Made by a program: the position numbers and the translations under genes | Part shown: positions 11,207-20,542 of the stretch, piece after piece | How positions within the stretch are numbered: position 1 is the stretch's first letter | Layout: every line of letters begins with the position of its first letter | Notes under the pieces: model-generated | What the model saw: the letters and a program-made list of their open reading frames with translations, nothing else | Database searches by the model: none | What the model was told of the DNA's origin: nothing | NCBI GenBank assembly: GCA_038882655.1 | Contig: JAVZNT010000002.1 | Location: 98,790 to 162,789 of the forward strand | Direction: 5' to 3' | From: Candidatus Bathyarchaeia archaeon | GTDB taxonomy: Archaea; Thermoproteota; Bathyarchaeia; Bathyarchaeales; Bathycorpusculaceae | Length of the DNA stretch: 64,000 bases

Positions 11207-12394
11207 TTACGGTTGGATTTCTGGAAGTTTCGATTCCGCTGTTTCCTGATATCTTTGTCTTGACATTATAAATATAATAATGCCTACACAAACCAAAACT
11301 ATAACGATTATTAGAAGCGCAATAAAGTAGATTGGTAAAACTGTCACAGTTATTATTGAGCTGTCTGCTCCGCCGTAATCACTGTTTCCAGACCAGCTTG
11401 CACGAACATAACATGCGCCTGCCTCATTAAAGCTGATGGTGCATACAAATTGGCCATTGGAATCCGTGGTTGTTATATTCGCTATAGTCCATGCAGAGTT
11501 GCCCATTTTGATGTAAATGATTATTTTTTCGCTTGATGAGTTTGGCATAAGTTGCCCAGAAAGTGTTATTGTGCTTCCTTGCATAATGAAAGTTGATGAA
11601 ATAGCTAAGGATACTGTTGAAGATGCCAATGTCGTGTAACTCGCAGCTACCTGCCCTGACCACTGCTCGCAATTTTCAAGCGCGACCACCATGGGATTCT
11701 CTCCAATTAAGTCCGACGGGCATTCTCCAACTCTCCATCCTGTCCTCCAATTTCCGCCAGTGCATTCTGCAATGTAGTACCTAACGCTATTGTATTCTAC
11801 ATAATAGGCTTGCGCCCTCACGTAGCTTGGTGAATTTGGAAGACTAACACCAACATTCATGTGCGTCTTATCTTCATAGTATAGGAGAGCAACGTCAAGA
11901 CCTCCAGCCTTCATTATTGAAGCCGCCACATAGCTAAGTAGGTCGCAATCGCCTTTGTTCTCAACGATCGTCTCCACCGGATATTTGGCGGGCACCGCTA
12001 CTTCGTAAGGTATCTGGTGAACTATCATTAGAACCCCATTTGCAAAATTTTCATAGTTACCTTGATATATTTCCCAAAGTTTTTCCGCTATTGGTTCTAG
12101 CGCGTATGGTATAACAAATTTTGGGAAATCTGCTTCTGAAACTTGCTTATGGTTCTGCTCAACGTAATACTCGTAAAGTGACTGTGTGATAACAACATTC
12201 AACTTGTATTGTTTTGCGCCGTCTGGACTGTCTAAAAGATTGTAAGCGCGGGTGTAATTTTCCGAAAAGCATAGCGGAAACATGTAAGAAAACGTGAAAA
12301 GAACAAGAAGCGCTATTAAAGTTTCGGAAAGTTTTCGCTTCATCTTACCGAGAATTGTTATTGGAGGTGATTTATGGCTTTTATGAACCCGCAA
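11207..12394 (-). CDS. Membrane-anchored secreted protein with transglutaminase-like and Ig-like domains
   Basis: Signal-like N-terminus (true start probably MKRKL), GDCD...H...E motif, Ig-like YVRASWSG, C-terminal TM helix. Confidence 0.75.
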   Translation of the reverse strand: MRVHKSHKSPPITILGKMKRKLSETLIALLVLFTFSYMFPLCFSENYTRAYNLLDSPDGAKQYKLNVVITQSLYEYYVEQNHKQVSEADFPKFVIPYALEPIAEKLWEIYQGNYENFANGVLMIVHQIPYEVAVPAKYPVETIVENKGDCDLLSYVAASIMKAGGLDVALLYYEDKTHMNVGVSLPNSPSYVRAQAYYVEYNSVRYYIAECTGGNWRTGWRVGECPSDLIGENPMVVALENCEQWSGQVAASYTTLASSTVSLAISSTFIMQGSTITLSGQLMPNSSSEKIIIYIKMGNSAWTIANITTTDSNGQFVCTISFNEAGACYVRASWSGNSDYGGADSSIITVTVLPIYFIALLIIVIVLVCVGIIIFIMSRQRYQETAESKLPEIQP

Positions 12395-12411
12395 TCAATA
12401 AGGCAGATATA

Positions 12412-12492
12412 TGGTTGCTTTGGAGAACCCGGATTTTCAATCATCTACAAGTGCATATGCATCAGCGTCTAGCCTGCCCATCATCGCAACCA
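12412..12492 (-). ncRNA. Putative C/D-box sRNA with degenerate D box
   Basis: Minus strand: TGGTTGC/GCAACCA terminal stem, C box ATGATG, D' CTGA, C' ATGAT; first guide complementary to the tRNA D-arm sequence GTCTAGCCTG. Confidence 0.6.
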
Positions 12493-12505
12493 ATAAGCTA
12501 TTGTT

Positions 12506-13321
12506 TTATTCCTTAAGTTTAACTTTTCCGCCTTTTTCCTTTATTAGTTCTGAAAGCTGAATTATGGTTTTTCCAATGCGGTCCTTCGCGGTTTTGGAGT
12601 CCTTAGCCGTTGTTGATAAATGAATTTCTATGTGGGGTTTCTTCTCGGCGCCTCTTGGATGGGATTTTATGTAAACGTATGGGTTATCATGCATTGCAAT
12701 ATCTATTAGTGGGGCTAGGGCCGACTCCATCATGCCATCTGCATATATGCTTGCTTCGAAAAACGCCACGTTTCCAGCTTCTTTCCTAAGCAGTTTGACT
12801 ACATGTTCATCAAAAATGGCTTCCATCTCAGATGGAACGCCGGGCAAGGCAATCAAATCGGTGCCGCCTATCCTTACTAAGACCCCAGGGGCTGTGCCAA
12901 CGGGGTTGAACAGCGGCTCCGCTTTTTCTGGAAGTTTTGCCATTTTAACTCTATGAGGTGTCATCTCAACAGCGCTTATTTTCCCAGCCTTAGCATATTC
13001 CTCATACTTCCTTCTAACCATTTCTAGAGCCTTTTCGTTAAGCTCCAACTTGCAGTTCATGGCCTTTGCTATCCCCTCTAATGTTTTATCATCAAAGGTT
13101 GGCCCCAACCCGCCTGTTGTAATTATAAAACGAGGGATGCGCCCCAGTGCCTCGCGAACAGCACAAGCAATTTCGCCAACATCATCACCAACAACCGTTA
13201 TCCTTTTAACGGCTATCCCTAAAGATGTTGCACGTTTAGCAAGCCATTGAGCGTTCGTGTTTAAAGTTTTTCCGATCAATAGCTCGTTGCCAACGCAAAT
13301 GATTTCCATCCGTACATCCAT
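12506..13321 (-). CDS. CinA-like molybdopterin-binding domain protein
   Basis: VGNELLIGKTLNTN, TTGGLGPTFDD, GTAPG, LPGVPSEM. Confidence 0.9.
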   Translation of the reverse strand: MDVRMEIICVGNELLIGKTLNTNAQWLAKRATSLGIAVKRITVVGDDVGEIACAVREALGRIPRFIITTGGLGPTFDDKTLEGIAKAMNCKLELNEKALEMVRRKYEEYAKAGKISAVEMTPHRVKMAKLPEKAEPLFNPVGTAPGVLVRIGGTDLIALPGVPSEMEAIFDEHVVKLLRKEAGNVAFFEASIYADGMMESALAPLIDIAMHDNPYVYIKSHPRGAEKKPHIEIHLSTTAKDSKTAKDRIGKTIIQLSELIKEKGGKVKLKE

Positions 13322-13408
13322 ATTTGCACCCTAACACGCATAATTTAGGAATAAGTTATATTCTTTTATGCTGTTTGCTAACAAGTATTAAAACTAAGGC
13401 TCTGCTAT

Positions 13409-13627
13409 CTATTTCTTTTTGCTACTTAGCCACCATTTCAAGTATTCTTTTCTTCGCCTTTCCTTTTCATCCTCTTCGCTCTCAACTGGAGGCTTCAGTT
13501 TTTCCCTAAGCTCTATGAGTTCCTGTTGTGTTACTGAAAGCCCACAGCTTCGGCAGACATAGTGTTTGGTGGCTATTATGTAGCGCATTTCACCGCCGCA
13601 TTCCGGGCAATATGGCATTTCAACCAC
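13409..13627 (-). CDS. Small zinc-ribbon protein
   Basis: CPECGG...CRSCG with charged C-terminal helix ending EYLKWWL. Confidence 0.75.
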   Translation of the reverse strand: MVEMPYCPECGGEMRYIIATKHYVCRSCGLSVTQQELIELREKLKPPVESEEDEKERRRKEYLKWWLSSKKK

Positions 13628-13683
13628 TTTCTGCCTTTAAGAAGGGATGGGCTTCAAGAAATAGCTTTCGATTAAAGTGCAAC

Positions 13684-14784
13684 TCACGTTATAAAGTTTA
13701 TTAATCCCGCTTCTTTCGCGAGTTTAACAGCCTTATCCATCTCGTCTCTTGTCAGTCTTCTTCGCAACTCCGGTATTTCGTATGCCCGCCACTCCGGTCT
13801 GTATTGGAACATGACGTTCACTCTGGTTTCTCTACCGAGGTTTTCGGCTATCCAATTTAATATGGGCTTTGTGCAGCATTCAAGATGGTTAGGCAAGACT
13901 AGAACACGTATTATAAGTTCGCCATGCTTCTCGGCAATCAAATGGTTTCGGGTGCACACTTTCCAATAGTTTGGAGCCTCTGAAATTTTCTCGGCGCAGT
14001 ATCCCGGTCCATACTTAAAGTCCAGAAGGTAAACATCTGCAAAACCCACTAAAAGTTGGGCTGTTTCCCGGCTGTAATAAGTGTTTGAGTTCCAAACAAC
14101 GGGTATGTTCACATTCACATGCGCGAATGTTTCAAGCCACTGTTCCAGCCATGGTGTTGGCTCTCCACCAACAAGGTTTACGTTTCTGCACCCGCCTCTG
14201 CGTAGGTCTTCAACTTCATCTGCTAGTCTTTCCGGCTTGTACGGTTCTCCGTTTTCGATCCATTGGGATATTGTCCAGTTTTGGCAGTGCTTACAGCGCA
14301 TAGTGCATCCCATGGTGAATATTGTTCCAGAAGGCACAAGCTCTGGTTCTTCGCCTACATGTTCAAAAATGCTTGAAACGGTTATCTCTGTTCCACATTT
14401 GCAGAAGCCCCGCTCACCCACAAGCCTATTCACTTCGCACCTTCGAACGCAGAAGTGGCATTTTTTAAGCATACGCTTAGCAATGGCAATTTTGAGGTCT
14501 AGATAGGATTTTTCTGGCTTTGGCAGCACGTCCAAATTTTTCTTTTTTGCGTCAATTTCCCGTTCAAGTTCACAGAATTGCCCTGTAAGCTCCGCGTGGG
14601 CTTGCCAAAGTTCCTCCAACATAGCATCTTCTTTGAAGTCAGCTGGAAGCTTTTTAGCTATTAGGAACTTTGCTGGTTTCTCGTTCTGCACTACGGCGAA
14701 ATACTTAGCTAGGCTTTTCCTCGCCATCTTGTCGTTCAGCACGGCAACGGCGTCTGGACGGATAATCCTCCACATCATACTCAA
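13684..14784 (-). CDS. PflX-like radical SAM protein
   Basis: CHFCVRRCEVNR, HVGEEPELVPSGTIF, CTMRCKHCQN, VVWNSN. Confidence 0.9.
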   Translation of the reverse strand: MSMMWRIIRPDAVAVLNDKMARKSLAKYFAVVQNEKPAKFLIAKKLPADFKEDAMLEELWQAHAELTGQFCELEREIDAKKKNLDVLPKPEKSYLDLKIAIAKRMLKKCHFCVRRCEVNRLVGERGFCKCGTEITVSSIFEHVGEEPELVPSGTIFTMGCTMRCKHCQNWTISQWIENGEPYKPERLADEVEDLRRGGCRNVNLVGGEPTPWLEQWLETFAHVNVNIPVVWNSNTYYSRETAQLLVGFADVYLLDFKYGPGYCAEKISEAPNYWKVCTRNHLIAEKHGELIIRVLVLPNHLECCTKPILNWIAENLGRETRVNVMFQYRPEWRAYEIPELRRRLTRDEMDKAVKLAKEAGLINFIT

Positions 14785-14808
14785 CCAAAATTTAAGGCGA
14801 GAAAACCA

Positions 14809-15864
14809 TTAAAAAAGCGCATAAGGATAAGCGTAACCATTGGCATGTAATCTTCCCTTAATTGGAATTTCCCGCCCACACACCGGACAGCGCATGTCCT
14901 TAGTCAAGTTCCACCTTGTAATCTCAAAGCTGAAGCGTTTAATCAAGAGTTCATTGCAACTTGGACAATAAGTGTTCTCAGCTGGGTGTCCAGGCACATT
15001 TCCAATGTAAACATAGTTTAAGCCAACGCTTTTAACAGCAGCATAAGCCTTCTCCAAAGTTTCGATGGGCGTTGAAGGAATATTTGTAAGTTGATACTCT
15101 GGATGGAAACGCAACAAGTGGAAAGGAGTGCCCTCCCCAAGATTTTCTCTTATCCAAGTCGCCAAATCCTTTATCCTCTCGATGGAATCTCCTATTTTCG
15201 GCACAACCAAATTAGTAATTTCAATGTGAATGTTGCTTCTTTTCATCTCTTTTAAAGACTCGTAGATGGGCTCAACTGATGGAACAGCGGAAAAAACTCT
15301 GTAGAAGTCAGGGTCGCCACCACCCTTAAAATCTACAGTTGCAGCGTCAAGATACGGCGCTATTGTCTTAACCGCCTCGGGCGCCATGTACCCATTTGTA
15401 ACAAAAGTATTAAAGAAACCCACTTGATGCGCAAGTTTAGCCGTTTCATACGCATATTCAAAAAATATTGTTGGCTCAGTATATGTGTAGCTTATCCCTT
15501 GGCATCCGTTATCTCTAGTAACCCTAACAACCTCTTCTGGCGGAAAATCTCTTCCGGCAATATTCTTTTCCTGACTTATAATCCAATTATCGCAGAACTG
15601 GCAGCAGAAGTTACAGCCAATTGTGGCAATAGACATGACAGACGACCCGGGATGGAAATGCGAAAGTGGCTTCTTGCCAATTGGGTCTACGCAAGCTGAT
15701 ATTGCCTTTCCATAAACAAGCGAGTAAAGAGTCCCTCCATCATTCTTTCTAACAAGACAGAAACCGGTTCCACCGTTGTTTATTGTGCACCTTCTACCGC
15801 ATAGATTACACTTAACCTTCTTACCATCAAGCTTCTCGTAAAGCATGGCTTCTCGCATTTTCAT
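14809..15864 (-). CDS. amrS: AmmeMemoRadiSam system radical SAM enzyme
   Basis: CNLCGRRC, DPIGKKPL-HFHPG, CNFCCQFC, YTYTEP, YVYIGNV, ENTYCPSC. Confidence 0.9.
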   Translation of the reverse strand: MKMREAMLYEKLDGKKVKCNLCGRRCTINNGGTGFCLVRKNDGGTLYSLVYGKAISACVDPIGKKPLSHFHPGSSVMSIATIGCNFCCQFCDNWIISQEKNIAGRDFPPEEVVRVTRDNGCQGISYTYTEPTIFFEYAYETAKLAHQVGFFNTFVTNGYMAPEAVKTIAPYLDAATVDFKGGGDPDFYRVFSAVPSVEPIYESLKEMKRSNIHIEITNLVVPKIGDSIERIKDLATWIRENLGEGTPFHLLRFHPEYQLTNIPSTPIETLEKAYAAVKSVGLNYVYIGNVPGHPAENTYCPSCNELLIKRFSFEITRWNLTKDMRCPVCGREIPIKGRLHANGYAYPYALF

Positions 15865-16205
15865 CTCTCCTCTATATGAAAACCATTGTTATTAAACCCT
15901 ATACTTAACTCTCTATAGGCGGCTCTAAACCCCCTTTTATGTCCATCAGTTACTATTAGCTCAGCCTCGCGAAGCTTTTTCAGATGAAAGGATATTGTTG
16001 TGGCTGAAACTGGCTTGGGAAGAATTTTCTCTATCTCATTAATTGTTTTGGCTGCTGGATACGCTTGCAAAAGATATCTAAGTATTCTCGTTCTTGTAGG
16101 GTCGCTTAGGGCTTCGCATATTTTGTGGCCGTTAAACTGTTTAGACAAGTATATCACTATTTTAATATGAAAATGCAAAAATTTAAGCTTTTCAATTCCT
16201 AGCAA
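15861..16205 (-). CDS. ArsR/SmtB family HTH regulator (start probably downstream of 16205)
   Basis: ALSDPTRTRIL, TISFHLKKLREAELI; stop overlaps the amrS start. Confidence 0.85.
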   Translation of the reverse strand: MLGIEKLKFLHFHIKIVIYLSKQFNGHKICEALSDPTRTRILRYLLQAYPAAKTINEIEKILPKPVSATTISFHLKKLREAELIVTDGHKRGFRAAYRELSIGFNNNGFHIEER

Positions 16206-16241
16206 AACCTAGCAAAATTCATGCAAGACTTTCCATTGGCT

Positions 16242-16841
16242 TTATTGAGGCTGTTTAATTTCAAAAACAAATGGCGGAGTAAAAGTTTTTACATCCAACT
16301 CCACATTTAGCAAGCCTTCTAGAAATCCAGCCCAAATTTCAGATTCGCTTATAAACGGAGCTTTTATCAAAAGGTACTTGTCTTTTAGGTAGAAGTCTCC
16401 AAAGCCTTGAACCCTAAGGCGTTTGAAGACCTCCTGCCACTTTTCACGGTTTGATGTGTGTATGCCTAACGTGGCTTCTATAGAAACTTTCGTTGCCTCG
16501 CCCATTTTGCGCCCCAATTCCCTCCATTTTTCCTTTGGAATGTTTTGAATTAATATGTTTACTAGTTCTATGTTTAGGAAGGCTATGCGGCTTATCCCGC
16601 AATAATATTCGCCTGGAAAGCGCCAATCGTAAACCATCATGCTTCTATAAACGTCAAGCATCTTTGAAATAAGTGGTTTTATGCCGGGCTCCTTGCCCTC
16701 CCTGATTAGCTTGTCAATAAACTCACGTTCCTCTTTACCCAGAATTATTGTTGTCCTTTTTGATGAACCCTTACCTTTATTTAGAATTTCTTCTATGCGC
16801 TCCTCTTTTTCATTCCGCATAATTAGTATATCTTCAAGCAT
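16242..16841 (-). CDS. Hypothetical protein: RHH-like N-terminus plus V4R-like domain
   Basis: RTTIILGKEERE strand-helix-helix pattern; ELGRKMG...QGFGDF...AGFLEGLL resembles V4R. Confidence 0.65.
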   Translation of the reverse strand: MLEDILIMRNEKEERIEEILNKGKGSSKRTTIILGKEEREFIDKLIREGKEPGIKPLISKMLDVYRSMMVYDWRFPGEYYCGISRIAFLNIELVNILIQNIPKEKWRELGRKMGEATKVSIEATLGIHTSNREKWQEVFKRLRVQGFGDFYLKDKYLLIKAPFISESEIWAGFLEGLLNVELDVKTFTPPFVFEIKQPQ

Positions 16842-16919
16842 ACTTTATATGCTTTGTTCCGTACCAGAAAAACAATTACAACCGAACTACTTTTTAACAA
16901 CTTACACAGCATAATTTAT

Positions 16920-16977
16920 TGCCGATGAAGAGCTCTGAAACGCTGAAAAGATGATGCTCCCTGGGGTATCTGAGGCA
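16920..16977 (+). ncRNA. C/D-box guide sRNA
   Basis: TGCC/GGCA terminal stem; C ATGAAGA 16925-16931; D' CTGA 16943-16946; C' ATGATG 16951-16956; D CTGA 16970-16973; 11-13 nt guides. Confidence 0.85.
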
Positions 16978-16990
16978 TAAACACTCTATT

Positions 16991-17236
16991 TTAAGAAATC
17001 ACTTTTTTCTTAATCAAGAACAGCATAAGCGCCAAGCCAGCTAGGAAAACTATGAAACCAGAAACAACTGAGACAACATAGTTTAAATCTAAAGCTTTGA
17101 AGAGCACTAGAACCACGTAGGGTCCGCCAAACGTTAAAAGTGCAGAGAACAACGTGAGCGAAACTCGCCAAAACCTCGAATTCAAATCAAATCTAATAGT
17201 TTTTCTTTCTCCACTTTTTCCTTCATTTCCACTCAT
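16991..17236 (-). CDS. Small hypothetical membrane protein
   Basis: Two hydrophobic helices, basic C-terminus. Confidence 0.65.
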   Translation of the reverse strand: MSGNEGKSGERKTIRFDLNSRFWRVSLTLFSALLTFGGPYVVLVLFKALDLNYVVSVVSGFIVFLAGLALMLFLIKKKVIS

Positions 17237-17285
17237 ATTTCATCAATCCTTAATTTTGATATGCAGCATTTAACGAGTAATTTCC

Positions 17286-17930
17286 TTATAACCCTTCCTT
17301 AACCTCATTCCTTAATACTTTCATTAGGAACTTGAAAACCGAGAATCCCGCTCCACGATCAGCCTTAAACCCCGTCGTTGCTCCTAAAAGGCATATGCCG
17401 TCTATGCCATGTTCTTTTGCCATTCCAAGCATGAGTCCAGTAGCTCCAGCGATTCTCCCTTTGCTGTATAGTATGGCGCCTTTTTCCATAAACTCCATTG
17501 CCAGCCGGGGTGAAGTGGCTGCAATATAAACTTGCGATGTGTTTTCTGCAGTTGGAATTCCACCCATTGTTATGAATAAGCGGCAGCTGTGCTTAATAGC
17601 AAAATTCAGTATTTCACCACATAACTCATAGTGGGCAACAACATCCTCAAAAGAAGGTTGCGCATCACCAGTTAATATTATGAAGTCGTTCTTCTCCATT
17701 GGCGCGGCATAAAATTCGTATTTTGGCAAACGGCAAACACCACCAGAATCAACAGAAGCATAGTCTGGAAAGTAGGGTGCATACAATTCCGCAAATGGCT
17801 TAGCTCCACAAAACTTTATCAGAAGATGAGCTGCAATCTTCCCAACATTACCAAACCCGGGTAACCCTTGAACAAAAATGGGATTCTCCAGCACAGGAGC
17901 AAAAATCTGGCGGAAATATGGCTTGTCCAT
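17286..17930 (-). CDS. PAC2 family proteasome assembly chaperone
   Basis: QGLPGFGNVGKIAA, LTGDAQP, IAGATGLMLG, GICLLG. Confidence 0.9.
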   Translation of the reverse strand: MDKPYFRQIFAPVLENPIFVQGLPGFGNVGKIAAHLLIKFCGAKPFAELYAPYFPDYASVDSGGVCRLPKYEFYAAPMEKNDFIILTGDAQPSFEDVVAHYELCGEILNFAIKHSCRLFITMGGIPTAENTSQVYIAATSPRLAMEFMEKGAILYSKGRIAGATGLMLGMAKEHGIDGICLLGATTGFKADRGAGFSVFKFLMKVLRNEVKEGL

Positions 17931-18019
17931 GGCTAACCGCGCTTGATAGGGTCAATTGCAATAATAAAGGTTTCTGGTTTCCTAAAAGGATTTAAGAAAG
18001 TTTGTTTCAGCATACAAGT

Positions 18020-18098
18020 AGCGGGGTGGGGTAGCCAGGATTAACCCGCTGGGCTCATAACCCAGAGATCGGTCGTTCAAATCGACCCCCCGCTACCA
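18020..18098 (+). tRNA. tRNA-Met(CAT), initiator
   Basis: AGCGGGG/CCCCGCT acceptor stem with A1-U72, three consecutive G-C pairs in the anticodon stem, CAT anticodon, TTCAAAT T-loop, encoded CCA, no intron. Confidence 0.96.
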
Positions 18099-18160
18099 TT
18101 TTGATAAGCTTCATTATAAAGAAATACGTGAAAATGTGGAATGTTGTGCTAGTTCATGCA

Positions 18161-18388
18161 TTAAAGTGTTTCTGGTCGCGTTAGAAGCTCATTTAAAGAC
18201 TCCTCAGAAAAAACTATTTGTCCATTTATTGTCAATATTTCACACTGAAGAAGGTAATTCCACAATCTTAGCTCAGCAGCATTTTGCCGCAAAGTTTGCT
18301 TGAGCTTTTCTAGAATAATGCTTCTTTCCGAATCTGGTACTTCTAAAAGGTTTACGTTCTTTTTGCTTTTCCTGCTTTTTGCATTCAT
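18161..18388 (-). CDS. Hypothetical protein
   Basis: GGTGA SD 8 nt upstream of ATG 18388; no recognisable domain. Confidence 0.45.
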   Translation of the reverse strand: MNAKSRKSKKNVNLLEVPDSERSIILEKLKQTLRQNAAELRLWNYLLQCEILTINGQIVFSEESLNELLTRPETL

Positions 18389-18548
18389 GCTGCAGTTCAC
18401 CGAGATTTCATGTCGTGTATCTTAATAAATTGGTTCCTTCGTATCCGGAATGTATCGTACATGGATATATGCATTTAAACCGGCAGAAAGTTTGGGAAAA
18501 ATTATAAGTGGCTTGTGTTTGGATACATAGTTTGTAAAGTGAACAACC

Positions 18549-20072
18549 ATGCAACTTGATACCATCGAAAATGTTTTGCTCTCGGTGACTGTGAATCCGT
18601 TACTTAAGGAGTTGATTGGACGATTTGATGTGGAATGCCCAGAGGACGGAAGTCTGCTTCTCAACTCTTTAAAGGACTTCCTAGGAGAGCCTGTTTCCCT
18701 TTGCCCAACATGTCAGCACATAAGCCACCGCATTGCCAGACCATTTTATAATATTGGAAGTCGTTTCTTAAAAGCAGACAAAAATTTCATGAAGAGACAA
18801 TTTGTAAAGAGCGAATATGGAGGAGCATGGTTTAAAGGCTTCGGTTTGATGATGAGAGGTATAAAAAAGTTTGGCATACGTATACCATTTGTCCCAGCTG
18901 GACCCTTTGAAATTGTCTGGAACTTTACATATAAATGCAATCTCAAGTGTAAACATTGTTATGAAAATGCGGGAGCTGGAAAACTTCCAGAGTTATCGAC
19001 AGACGAGGCGAAACAAGCTATTGATACTTTTTCAAAAATTGCTGGGGTTGGCTTACCAGCCTTGTCCTTCAGCGGAGGCGAACCCTTAGCGAGGAGAGAT
19101 TTCTTTGAACTGGCGGCGTACGCCAAAAAGCGAATCCCGTATGTTAGTATAGCCTCAAACGGAACATTGCTGACAAAAGATAACGCAAAGAAGGTTAGAG
19201 ACGCTGGTGTGGATTATGTGGAGATAAGCATAGATGGCGCATCATCGGCGGTACATGATGAGTTTAGGGGCATACTCGGGGCCTTCGAAAAGGCTATGCA
19301 AGGAGTCAAAAACTGTGTCGAAGAAGGCATAGACACATGCATAGCCACGGTTTTGCATAGAGACAACCTTGCAGAGACAGAGAAAATTCTACAATTAGCC
19401 AAGGAGTTAGACGTACGTTTTATGCATTTCAATTATATCCCAACAGGAAGAGCAAAAGAGCATGTAGAATTAGACTTAACGCCAGAGCAACGTCTTCACA
19501 TTTTACAAGCAATAGGCAAGGAAATAATCACTTTATATTTGCAAGCCAAAGAAGAAGAGCTGAAAACCGGAAAATCAAGCATCACCGTTGACAGATTTTT
19601 CAGCACTTGCCCACAGTACGCAAGTGTTACTAAGGAGTTGTCTCAACAGATTGGGCACAAATTCATGGTTGAGGCTCATTACGCTGCAAAAAAAGGTGTC
19701 GAAAATATTGCAAACTTCCTTGGTGGATGTGGGGCTGGACGCTTATACTGTGCAGTTGAGCCTAACGGTGATATAAAGCCATGCGTATTTTTCCCAACAA
19801 ATAAAAACACGGTTTTAGGCAACATTTTAAGGGACAACTTTGAAAGCATTTGGGATAATGATCCATTACTATGGGGATTACGAACAAGAGAAAACCTTGA
19901 AACCTACATTATAAATGGCAAAGAAGTTGGCTGTGGCGTTTGCTCAGATAAGTATATTTGTGGAGGCTGCAGAGCGAGAGCCTATAGCTACTTTAATGGG
20001 AACGTGAAGGCTCCAGACATTGGCTGTATCCACAATAAACCATTATGGGAAAAAATAGTGAACCGAAAGTAA
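18549..20072 (+). CDS. Radical SAM/SPASM protein with N-terminal extension (candidate GMGT synthase-like)
   Basis: CNLKCKHC, FSGGEP, GGCGAGRLYC, PCVFFP, CGVC...CGGCRARA. Confidence 0.85.
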   Translation: MQLDTIENVLLSVTVNPLLKELIGRFDVECPEDGSLLLNSLKDFLGEPVSLCPTCQHISHRIARPFYNIGSRFLKADKNFMKRQFVKSEYGGAWFKGFGLMMRGIKKFGIRIPFVPAGPFEIVWNFTYKCNLKCKHCYENAGAGKLPELSTDEAKQAIDTFSKIAGVGLPALSFSGGEPLARRDFFELAAYAKKRIPYVSIASNGTLLTKDNAKKVRDAGVDYVEISIDGASSAVHDEFRGILGAFEKAMQGVKNCVEEGIDTCIATVLHRDNLAETEKILQLAKELDVRFMHFNYIPTGRAKEHVELDLTPEQRLHILQAIGKEIITLYLQAKEEELKTGKSSITVDRFFSTCPQYASVTKELSQQIGHKFMVEAHYAAKKGVENIANFLGGCGAGRLYCAVEPNGDIKPCVFFPTNKNTVLGNILRDNFESIWDNDPLLWGLRTRENLETYIINGKEVGCGVCSDKYICGGCRARAYSYFNGNVKAPDIGCIHNKPLWEKIVNRK

Positions 20073-20089
20073 TAATTTCGTGAATGCAA

Positions 20090-20287
20090 TTATGCTTTGC
20101 CTTTTTCTTCTTTGCCAAAATAGGTTGTCCATTTAAGTTTGCGGGCATCCCTCTTAAGTTTTAGGGAGTTTTTTCTGCACTTGCTTGAGCAGAACCAGAA
20201 AATTGTACCATCGTTTTTAACGTATATCATGCCCGTGCCGTGTGGGAATTCGTTGCCGCAAAATGAGCATTTCCTAAGTTTTGGCAA
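20090..20287 (-). CDS. rpl24e: 50S ribosomal protein L24e
   Basis: CSFCG...GTGMIYVKNDG...FCSSKC...KLKWT. Confidence 0.97.
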   Translation of the reverse strand: MPKLRKCSFCGNEFPHGTGMIYVKNDGTIFWFCSSKCRKNSLKLKRDARKLKWTTYFGKEEKGKA

Positions 20288-20311
20288 AAAGAATCCCTCC
20301 AGCGTTATTTT

Positions 20312-20542
20312 CTATCTTGTTATTTTCTTTGCTTCCCTCTCTGTTTCTCTAAGCATTAAAATGTCTTGCACACGCACTGGACCCTTAACGTTACGCGTTA
20401 TGATTCGTCCCTTGTCTTTACCTTCCAGAATGCGTACTCTCACTTGTGTAATTTCGCCTGTTACGCCTGTCCTTCCGATTATTTGAATTACTTCAGCTGG
20501 AGTTAGCTCTTCTTCGGCTTCCGAAGTTTTTTCCTTACTCAT
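20312..20542 (-). CDS. rps28e: 30S ribosomal protein S28e
   Basis: [31 protein letters not shown]. Confidence 0.97.
   Translation of the reverse strand: MSKEKTSEAEEELTPAEVIQIIGRTGVTGEITQVRVRILEGKDKGRIITRNVKGPVRVQDILMLRETEREAKKITR

Noticed and set aside
18099-20072. Integrated element at tRNA-iMet
   Set aside because: No integrase and no duplicated tRNA 3' end found
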